Below, in pieces: positions 46,801-52,391 of a DNA stretch of 52,391 nucleotides (position 1 is the first letter of the stretch; every line of letters begins with the position of its first letter). Origin of the DNA: Candidatus Methanoperedenaceae archaeon HGW-Methanoperedenaceae-1 (GTDB lineage Archaea > Halobacteriota > Methanosarcinia > Methanosarcinales > Methanoperedenaceae). The notes beneath the pieces were generated by a model. That model searched no databases. It saw nothing but the letters and a program-made list of their open reading frames with translations, and was not told the origin of the DNA. Both the position numbers and the translations under genes were made by a program. The stretch spans positions 1 through 52,391 of the forward strand of contig PGYG01000002.1 of NCBI GenBank assembly GCA_002839545.1. Direction: 5' to 3'.

Positions 46801-46868
46801 TAGATGCCTTTGAACAGGGAATAAAGAGTATTGCCGTGAACGAAAAGGTCGTGGAGGTGACGGTATGA
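43806..46868 (+). CDS. hdrA: Tandem (double) HdrA-like flavoprotein, 1020 aa, with complementary domain losses in the two halves
   Basis: Half 1 (about aa 1-445) has GGGVAGIQAA, FPTNDCAMC, the inserted ferredoxin (CTGCGNCTEKCP, CGNCKKVC) and CVGSR..YCSSVCC, but no N-terminal Cys domain or C-terminal ferredoxin. Half 2 (from about nt 45150) has the N-domain VFVCHCGINIG...ASCTPRTHE...REHCSW and GGGVAGMTAA, but no FPTNDC motif and no inserted ferredoxin. It ends with the C-terminal ferredoxin CIGCGTCVTVCP/CKGCGSCAAACP. Confidence 0.85.
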   Translation: MKGSVAVVGGGVAGIQAALDLADNGFKTYLIESKPSIGGTMSQLDKTFPTNDCAMCILSPKLVETGRHPNIELLSYSDVKSITGEAGDFRVKVLRKARYVDEAKCTGCGNCTEKCPKKVDDDYNAGMSKRKAIYIPFAQAIPRVATIDAANCIYLTKGKCGNCKKVCGVEAVDYEAKDEEIELNVGSVVIATGFKPFDPSVLTNYRFDHPDVITSLQLERLLSASGPTQGHVTKPSNGEVPKKIGFIQCVGSRNPRISRKYCSSVCCMYATKEAIIAKEHDPELDITIFNIDIRAFGKNFEEFYNRAQREYGIKYTNSRPPEVIVGADNTLSVKYEDFNTGELKSQGLDMVILSIGLDPSDSTRTIAESSGIALDEFGNIATSIEAPVETSVSGIYVCGVAQGPKDIPDTVAQASAAASKAAALLSGERGTLIKEREFPDEKTLSSEPRTGVFVCHCGINIGSVVNVPGVVEYAKTLPNVTYAQELLYACSSDSQEAIKQAISGNNLNRVVVASCTPRTHEPLFQNTCREAGLNPYLFELANIREHCSWVHMKEKDKATEKAKSIVRMAVAKSAFFQPLYKQKVSLINKAMVIGGGVAGMTAALDIANNGYEVTLVEKEKELGGMLKDMTEMHDGKKPSEIISDLARQIHDNNKITVMNEAKLVDVEGHLGNFKGTVLSGGQETHLDFGAAVIATGARNLEPAGLFGYGSNSRVVTQAQLEKMLAENLSANNITMIQCAGARNPEREYCGRTCCVDAVKNAIRIKKANSKANVFVLYRDIRTYGVTEKLYETARELGVLFIQYDKDAPPQVQDSAVVVHDVMLNEDIEIETDLVVLSTPLISGEDNSGINQLFKVPLDKNGFFLEAHPKLRPVEFATDGVFLCGSAQAPKLMEEAISQASAAASRACTILSRDFIETEAMVSIVNEAKCIGCGTCVTVCPYNAPALEEATVTAEEVSYTAKKSRINPAACKGCGSCAAACPSGAITAQHFSRKEIGEAIDAFEQGIKSIAVNEKVVEVTV

Positions 46869-47287
46869 GCGAGTGGGAGCCGAATATCCTGGCGTTTGCC
46901 TGTAACTGGTGCTCGTACGCAGGGGCTGACCTTGCAGGAGTGAGCAGGTTCCAGTATCCAGCCACTGTCAAGATTTTAAGGGTCATGTGTTCAAGCAGGG
47001 TTGAACCGTCATTTATCCTGAAAGCGCTGAAGGACGGAGCTGACGGCGTGCTTGTGGCAGGATGCCATATCGGCGACTGCCATTACATTGACGGTAACAA
47101 GAACGCAGAGGTCAGGATAAACAACACGAAAAAGGCACTGGAAAAGCTCGGGCTTGACAAGAGGCTGCGGCTTGAGTGGATTTCAGCAAGTGAAGGATTG
47201 CGATTCTCAGAAGTTATTAAGGATTTTACTGAAGAAATCAGGAAACTGGGCGAGAACCCGGTCAAGGAAGTGAAAGGAAATGAATGA
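46865..47287 (+). CDS. mvhD: MvhD-like [2Fe-2S] protein (methyl-viologen-reducing hydrogenase delta subunit family), copy 1
   Basis: 140 aa with ILAFACNWCSYAGADLAG, RVMCSSRV, and AGCHIGDCHY. Confidence 0.9.
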   Translation: MSEWEPNILAFACNWCSYAGADLAGVSRFQYPATVKILRVMCSSRVEPSFILKALKDGADGVLVAGCHIGDCHYIDGNKNAEVRINNTKKALEKLGLDKRLRLEWISASEGLRFSEVIKDFTEEIRKLGENPVKEVKGNE

Positions 47288-49283
47288 GGTTTTAGATACT
47301 GGAAATAAAGATGCCAGCCAGGATGAAGAAAAGCGGGTCGGCGTCTTTGTATGTGAATGCGGAGTGAATATAGGGGGTGTTGTTGATACCCATGCAGTGG
47401 CTGATTACATTGCCACGCTTCCTGGCGTACTTGTCACCTCGGTGAACAAGTTCACCTGTTCTGATTCTGGTCAGGCTGACATCCAGCAAAAGATTAAGGA
47501 ACATAACCTTAACCGCGTTGTTGTGGCGGCATGCTCCCCCAAGACGCACGAGCCAACATTCCGCGCGTGTATCGAAGAGATGGGTCTTAACCAGTACTTC
47601 CTTGAATTCGTAAATATCAGAGACCACTGCTCATGGATACATATGTGGGAGAAGGAAAAAGCCACCGAGAAAGCAAAAGACCTGGTCCGTATGGGTGTTG
47701 AAAGGGCAAAACTGCTTGAACCACTGCAAGCCAGTGAGGTTCCTGTTATTGATAAAGCCCTTGTGGTTGGTGCTGGCGTTGCAGGAATGCAGGCAGCACT
47801 TGACCTTGCAGATATGGGTTTTAAGGTTTACCTTGTTGAAAAGGAGCCGTCAATCGGCGGGAGGATGGCGCGTTTTGATAAGGTGTTCCCGACAAACGAC
47901 TGTTCCATCTGTATCCTTGGTCCCAAGATGGTGGAAGTGGCGCGCAACAAGAATATTGAGATTATGAGTTATTCCGAAGTGCAGGAAGTGGACGGGTATG
48001 TCGGCAATTTCAAGGTGAAAGTCGAGCACAAACCACGATACCTTGATGTTGGCACGTGCACAGGATGCGCCAAGTGCAGCGAGGTATGTCCCGTGGAAGT
48101 GCCATATGATTTCAACGAAGGATTCGGGACGAGGAAAGCCATTTATGTTTCGTTCCCGCAGGCAGTTCCCTTGCGTGCTGTCCTTGATAAGGAAAACTGC
48201 ATAAACTGCAAAGCCTGCGCCAAAACGTGTGAGAGCAAATCCATTAATTACGAGCAGGAAGCATCATTCAGCGAGCTTGAGGTCGGTGTTATTATCGGCG
48301 CTGTCGGTTTCAAGACATACGACCCTGCGCCAAGGGGTGATTACGGGTATGGGAAATATGATAATATTATCACTGCAATGGAATTCGAGAGGCTGCTCAA
48401 TGCGGCAGGACCAACGGGCGGACATATTGTCCGGCCTTCTGACTGCAAGGAGCCAATCAGGGTTGGATTCGTGAATTGCGTTGGCTCTCGTGACAAGGAG
48501 ACAAACATCTACTGCTCTGGCGTGTGCTGTATGTACACAATCAAGAACGCCCAGCTCCTTAAGGAAAAGCGTCCTGAGACAGACCATACGGTCATGTACA
48601 TTGATATCAGGACACCGTTCAGGGCATACGAGGAATCGTACAACAGGGCGCGAAACCTCGGTGTGAAGTTCCTGAGGGGACGACCTGTTGAGGTTACGGA
48701 AGACCCGAAAACAGGAAATATCAAGGTTCGTGTCGAGGATACACTCGCAGGAGAAATGCGCAATCTTGAGTTTGACCTGCTTGTACTGGGAACAGGTGTT
48801 GTGCCAAATGAAGGCATAAACAAGTTGCAGCAGCTTCTTAAACTTTCAAAAGCCACAGACGGTTTCCTGATGGAAGCCCACCCGAAACTGCGACCTGTTG
48901 ATACAACAATTGACGGGGTTTACCTTGCAGGTGTTGCATCAGGTCCAAAGGATATTCCGTATGCAGTATCGCAGGGAAGCGCATGTGCAAGCCGCGCCAC
49001 TATTTTATTGAAGAACAAAAAAGCCACAACAGAAGGCATCACTGCTATTGTGAATCCTGATGTTTGCGTGGGATGCGAAGTATGTATACCCATGTGCCCG
49101 TTCCAGGCTATTAAGATGGATGAACAGGCTGGCAAGGCTAATGTTATGAAAGCACTCTGTAAAGGATGCGGAACATGCGTAGCAGCATGCCCGACAGGAG
49201 CGCTTGAACAGGACCATTTCAAGAATAACCAGGTTATTGCGCAGGTTAAGAACGTGTTCAGGTTCGAGGAGGTTCCAGCATGA
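47280..49283 (+). CDS. hdrA: Heterodisulfide reductase subunit A (canonical four-domain HdrA)
   Basis: 667 aa with N-domain VFVCECGVNIG, GAGVAGMQAA, FPTNDCSIC, the inserted ferredoxin, CVGSR...CSGVCC, and C-terminal CVGCEVCIPMCP/CKGCGTCVAACP. There is no in-frame TGA. Confidence 0.92.
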   Translation: MNEVLDTGNKDASQDEEKRVGVFVCECGVNIGGVVDTHAVADYIATLPGVLVTSVNKFTCSDSGQADIQQKIKEHNLNRVVVAACSPKTHEPTFRACIEEMGLNQYFLEFVNIRDHCSWIHMWEKEKATEKAKDLVRMGVERAKLLEPLQASEVPVIDKALVVGAGVAGMQAALDLADMGFKVYLVEKEPSIGGRMARFDKVFPTNDCSICILGPKMVEVARNKNIEIMSYSEVQEVDGYVGNFKVKVEHKPRYLDVGTCTGCAKCSEVCPVEVPYDFNEGFGTRKAIYVSFPQAVPLRAVLDKENCINCKACAKTCESKSINYEQEASFSELEVGVIIGAVGFKTYDPAPRGDYGYGKYDNIITAMEFERLLNAAGPTGGHIVRPSDCKEPIRVGFVNCVGSRDKETNIYCSGVCCMYTIKNAQLLKEKRPETDHTVMYIDIRTPFRAYEESYNRARNLGVKFLRGRPVEVTEDPKTGNIKVRVEDTLAGEMRNLEFDLLVLGTGVVPNEGINKLQQLLKLSKATDGFLMEAHPKLRPVDTTIDGVYLAGVASGPKDIPYAVSQGSACASRATILLKNKKATTEGITAIVNPDVCVGCEVCIPMCPFQAIKMDEQAGKANVMKALCKGCGTCVAACPTGALEQDHFKNNQVIAQVKNVFRFEEVPA

Positions 49284-49726
49284 GTGCAGATGCAAAGCCT
49301 GATGCTGGCGGATGGGAACCCAAGATAGTTGCGTTTTGCTGTAACTGGTGCTCTTACGGAGGCGCAGACAGTGCAGGCATGGGAAGGTTCCAGCAGCCAC
49401 CAAGTGCAAGGATTATCCGTGTCATGTGTTCAGGAAGGATTGACCCGATTCATGTTTTCAACGCGTTCCTTGAGGGCGCTGATGCCGTGCTTGTGACAGG
49501 ATGCCATATAGGTGACTGCCACTACGTTAACGGTAATGATAAGACAAAAATCAAGTACAAGTTCCTTGAGCATGTCGTACATGAGCTGGGACTTGAAAAG
49601 GAAAGGCTTTACCTTAACTGGATTTCTGCAAGCGAAGGCGAGAAGTTTGCCAATTTCATCCGCGATGTGACAGAGGAAGTCAAGAAAATCGGACCGAGTC
49701 CGCTTAAACCTGAGGGGGTGGCGTGA
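49280..49726 (+). CDS. mvhD: MvhD-like [2Fe-2S] protein, copy 2
   Basis: 148 aa with IVAFCCNWCSYGGADSAG, RVMCSGRI, and TGCHIGDCHY. Confidence 0.9.
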   Translation: MSADAKPDAGGWEPKIVAFCCNWCSYGGADSAGMGRFQQPPSARIIRVMCSGRIDPIHVFNAFLEGADAVLVTGCHIGDCHYVNGNDKTKIKYKFLEHVVHELGLEKERLYLNWISASEGEKFANFIRDVTEEVKKIGPSPLKPEGVA

Positions 49727-50877
49727 TGGAAAAAGGTAATGTGTTTGTCGGCTGGTCTACAAACGAGGAAGTCAGGAAGCGCGGGGGTTCAGGCGGTCTT
49801 GTGACATCAGTACTTGCTGCGGCGCTTGAAAAGAAACTCGTGGATGCAGTTGTTGTATTGAAGAAGATAAACGAGTTTGAAGCAGTGCCTGTTATTACAT
49901 CAGACATGGACGAGGTTTTGAATTCTGCGGGTTCGCTGCATTCTGTTCCGAGCAATTTTGCAAAACTCATAGCTGATAAAGGCATGAGAATTGCTGTGCC
50001 TGGAAAAGGATGTGATGTGCGCGCAATTATCGAGCAGGGAAAACGCAATGCTGTTGACCTTGATAATACATTCATTATAGGACTCAACTGCGGAGGCTCA
50101 ATGCACCCTGCCGTGACACGTGAGATGCTTGAAACCGTTTACAATATCAAGCCCGAAGATGTCGAGGGTGAGGAAATAGAGAAGGGTAAGCTGATATTCA
50201 AGACTAAGGACGGGCAGGCGCATGGCATAACAATCGATGAGCTTGAGGAGAAAGGGTACGGGCGGCGTGAAAGCTGCCGGTACTGTACGATTAAGGTGCC
50301 GAATAACGCTGACATTGCATGCGGTAACTGGGGCGTAACAGGCGACCTTGCGGGTCGCGCCACGTTCGTTGAGGTCAATTCCGAGAAGGGCGCGAAACTG
50401 CTGCAAAATGCCATTGATGCCGGAATGGTTGAGGTAAAAGAACCAGAGGCAAAGGGAATTGCAATCCGAAGCAAGATTAAAGGCGCAATGGAAGACCTTG
50501 CAGGGAAATGGAAGGATAAAGTATTCGTGCCTGTTGATGACAGGCTTGCGCTTTTCAGGAAAGAGCTTGAGAACTGCATTGACTGCGGCGCTTGCAAGAC
50601 GGTGTGTCCAACGTGCTCATGCGGTGAAGTTTCAAAATGCACGCAATACCACAGTCGTGCTGACGGTTATAAGATGTCGATGTTCCATTTAACCCGTTTC
50701 CTGCATCTTGCAGATTCATGTATCGGGTGCGGGCAGTGTACTGATGTGTGTCCTGCTGATATTCCGCTGACACGGCTTTACAGGCGGTTTGCAAACCCTG
50801 TGCAGGATGAGCTTGGATACGAGCCTGGAATGGATATGCGAAAACCACCGTATTTCGAGGTGAAGTTGAATGATTGA
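49723..50877 (+). CDS. FrhB/FdhB-family F420-interacting subunit with a C-terminal 2x[4Fe-4S] ferredoxin domain
   Basis: 384 aa with GGSGGLVTSVL, VPGKGCDVRAI, CRYC..., and CIDCGACKTVCPTC/CIGCGQCTDVCP. This architecture resembles FdhB. The start is GTG 49723 or ATG 49726. Confidence 0.8.
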   Translation: MMEKGNVFVGWSTNEEVRKRGGSGGLVTSVLAAALEKKLVDAVVVLKKINEFEAVPVITSDMDEVLNSAGSLHSVPSNFAKLIADKGMRIAVPGKGCDVRAIIEQGKRNAVDLDNTFIIGLNCGGSMHPAVTREMLETVYNIKPEDVEGEEIEKGKLIFKTKDGQAHGITIDELEEKGYGRRESCRYCTIKVPNNADIACGNWGVTGDLAGRATFVEVNSEKGAKLLQNAIDAGMVEVKEPEAKGIAIRSKIKGAMEDLAGKWKDKVFVPVDDRLALFRKELENCIDCGACKTVCPTCSCGEVSKCTQYHSRADGYKMSMFHLTRFLHLADSCIGCGQCTDVCPADIPLTRLYRRFANPVQDELGYEPGMDMRKPPYFEVKLND

Positions 50878-51304
50878 AGATTCTAGTTTTAATAGGAACC
50901 AGAAAAAGAAGGAGGGGGGCAGACCCGCTCCTGATTTATTTTGTTCACTGGGAAAAGGGATGTTAGCAAAAGAGGACATAGAGACACTGGAAACTTCTCC
51001 TGGATTAACTCCTCTGGGATTCGGTGCTGGTGTTCGTGATAGGGTTGTGAATAGATGTTCCGTGAGTGAAGGCTTTTCTATCACAGAGAACACAGGGATA
51101 TTCCAGAATTCATCTGGATTATCACCGCTTCGTCCGTTTGGCGAAATTCACATTGGGAATTTGAAGAGCAGTTCTCTGGATGGGGGATTTTCTACCACAG
51201 AGTTTACAGAGAACTCAGGGAACTCAGAGACACTCAAGAATTCACCAGGATTATCACCGCTTCGTCCGTTTGTCAAGGCTCACAAAAAGGAGGTTCTTGA
51301 ATGA
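50870..51304 (+). CDS. Repeat-containing low-complexity ORF (144 aa) bridging the FdhB-like and FdhA-like genes
   Basis: It is open for 144 codons. Its ATG overlaps the upstream stop by 8 nt, and its TGA overlaps the downstream ATG (ATGA). It has three in-frame copies of an SPGL(S/T)PL(RPF/GFG) motif and two FS(I/T)TE..TEN motifs. It is S/G/P/T/E/N-rich and I recognise no family. It could instead be a non-coding repeat that happens to be open. Confidence 0.35.
   Translation: MIEDSSFNRNQKKKEGGRPAPDLFCSLGKGMLAKEDIETLETSPGLTPLGFGAGVRDRVVNRCSVSEGFSITENTGIFQNSSGLSPLRPFGEIHIGNLKSSSLDGGFSTTEFTENSGNSETLKNSPGLSPLRPFVKAHKKEVLE
51105..51140 (+). repeat. 36-nt dispersed direct repeat, copy 1
   Basis: agaattcatctggattatcaccgcttcgtccgtttg. 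It matches 51237-51272 at 34 of 36 positions, with a 25-nt perfect core. The offset is 132 nt (44 codons). Confidence 0.9.
51237..51272 (+). repeat. 36-nt dispersed direct repeat, copy 2
   Basis: agaattcaccaggattatcaccgcttcgtccgtttg. A more diverged third copy lies at 50981-51024 (gagacactggaaacttctcctggattaactcctctgggattcgg), offset by 246 nt. Confidence 0.9.
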
Positions 51305-52391
51305 GCGATAATGTTTTTCCAACAATATGCCCCGGATGTAATTTCGGGTGCGGTCTGTATATCCGCGAGAACGGCGCGCTGGAAGTTGATTTCAGGAAAT
51401 CCTCACCTGCAAATGCCGGGAAATTGTGCAGGTTCGGGATGAAACTGCCTTCCCTTTTTACTTCGGTTAAATCCATGATTGACGGCAGCGAAGCGCAGGC
51501 GCAAGATGCTGCAAAAGAAGCTGCAAGCAGGCTTTCATCTGGCTCTACTGCGTTTGTATCGTTCGGGAATACAAGCTCTGAGGAACACCTTGCATTCCAG
51601 AAGTTTTCTGAAAAACTAAAGGTGCCGCTGTACACTGGTGTTGATTTTGACGGGCTGCCTGAAGATACGCACCCAACATTACGTGTCGGGATACCGTACA
51701 GCGAAATTGAGGCTGCAAAACATATCGTGCTTTTCATTGACCCTTATACCCAGTATCCGCTTATAGTGAGAAGACTTGTTTCTGCGAAAAAGAGGGGCGC
51801 TAAGATTACGGCTGTGGGATATAAGGAACTGCCGATTGCCGATGATAACATAAGCCCGGATGACATTTCACAGCTTGCGCTTACCGGGGATTCTGTTGTT
51901 ATAGCTGATTTCCATCCGCTTTCTGATACCGGGCATTTAAAGAGTGTGCTTGCACTTGCAGGGAACGCAGGCGCAAAGCTCACGTTCCTCAAGCCTTTCG
52001 GGAATTCCACAGGCGCATATCTTGTTTCAAAGGATGTGAAACAACAGGCGCTTTCAAAGCTTGTTGAGGAAATTGATAAGGGCAGCATCGACACACTGTT
52101 CTGCCTTGAATCTGATGTGCTTGAGGTAATTCCCGCTGAAGTGGCGGGAAAACTCAAGAACCTGATTATCCAGACAGGACACAATAGCGCAACTGCACAG
52201 AAGGCAAATATCGTGATAGCAAGTGAGCCATTTTACAGGAAGAAGGGAATGGTTGTCAACAACGAGGGCAGGGTTCAGGCGCTTGGCGGTGGCGAGGTTT
52301 CCGGAATCGCACTTCTTGGCACAATAGCAGGGGACAGTTACGATTTTGACGGCTTAAACGGCGAAGTGAAATCCATGCTTGGTATTGAATC
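51301..52391 (+). CDS. Molybdopterin-oxidoreductase (FdhA/FwdB-like) protein, 3'-truncated by the window end; no Cys/Sec Mo-ligand seen
   Basis: My own translation is open from ATG 51301 to the window end (363 codons): MSDNVFPTICPGCNFGCGLYIRENG...GKLCRFG...FGNTSSEEHLAFQKFSEKL.... It has an N-terminal C-x2-C-x3-C-x25-C Mo/W-bisPGD-type [4Fe-4S] motif. An SD aaaaggagg lies 7 nt upstream. It is absent from the ORF track, which lists only its antisense shadows 51273-51737 and 51744-52184. Confidence 0.7.
   Translation, partial: MSDNVFPTICPGCNFGCGLYIRENGALEVDFRKSSPANAGKLCRFGMKLPSLFTSVKSMIDGSEAQAQDAAKEAASRLSSGSTAFVSFGNTSSEEHLAFQKFSEKLKVPLYTGVDFDGLPEDTHPTLRVGIPYSEIEAAKHIVLFIDPYTQYPLIVRRLVSAKKRGAKITAVGYKELPIADDNISPDDISQLALTGDSVVIADFHPLSDTGHLKSVLALAGNAGAKLTFLKPFGNSTGAYLVSKDVKQQALSKLVEEIDKGSIDTLFCLESDVLEVIPAEVAGKLKNLIIQTGHNSATAQKANIVIASEPFYRKKGMVVNNEGRVQALGGGEVSGIALLGTIAGDSYDFDGLNGEVKSMLGIE

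Noticed and set aside
43806-49283. Selenocysteine (in-frame TGA) in HdrA or the FdhA-like protein, as occurs in some methanogens.
   Set aside because: All Hdr/MvhD/Fdh-like frames are continuous without an internal TGA. Cys occupies the relevant HdrA positions.
51273-52184. Two minus-strand track ORFs (51273-51737 and 51744-52184).
   Set aside because: The + strand frame from 51301 is open to the window end. It carries a Mo-bisPGD-type Fe-S motif and a strong SD. The minus-strand ORFs are Ser-rich shadows.
1-52391. A search by eye for tRNA, rRNA, CRISPR arrays and transposase or integrase genes.
   Set aside because: I recognised no T-loop or anticodon-arm-like cloverleaf candidates, rRNA-like stretches, regularly spaced repeats or mobile-element ORFs. 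Absence cannot be proven without tRNAscan or Infernal.

Overview
This is an archaeal chromosomal window of Methanosarcinales type (Methanosarcina / ANME-2 / Methanoperedens-like). That placement rests on a complete fpoABCDHIJJKLMNO operon including fpoO, archaeal mat, taw1, PolD small subunit, Orc1/Cdc6, Pth2, Rio2 and a Cys-variant CcmE. All homology calls were made by eye from the supplied translations, with no database search.

Layout:
- 0-11 kb: housekeeping genes (yjbQ fragment, mat, taw1, scpAB, aminotransferase, hisH, exonuclease, PolD-DP1, signal peptidase, cdc6).
- 11.0-11.6 kb: a replication origin with ORB-like boxes in inverted orientation around an AT-rich stretch.
- 11.6-15.5 kb: small conserved archaeal genes, an unknown three-gene membrane operon, a TIM-barrel plus Cys-rich (methanogenesis-marker-9-like) protein, and hicAB.
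- 15.7-25.9 kb: the F420H2 dehydrogenase (Fpo) operon.
- 26.2-31.3 kb: a visibly AT-richer accessory block (wHTH, membrane protein, secreted repeat protein, MacB-type ABC transporter with a COG1361-like surface protein).
- 31.3-41 kb: ccmE, tauE, a flavodoxin interrupted by an in-frame TAG, a BaiN/YhiN-like flavoprotein, AAA ATPase, rio2, DUF460, pth2 and wHTH regulators.
- 41.3 kb to the window end: a ten-gene, fully translationally coupled redox operon. It reads HdrD-like, HdrC, HdrB, a 1020-aa domain-permuted tandem HdrA, MvhD, canonical HdrA, MvhD, FrhB/FdhB-like, a repeat-rich low-complexity ORF, and an FdhA-like molybdopterin protein. The FdhA-like gene is absent from the ORF track because it runs off the window.

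This operon, and especially its coupled repeat ORF and apparently ligand-less FdhA-like subunit, is the most interesting part of the window. I recognised no rRNA, tRNA, CRISPR array, transposase or integrase.
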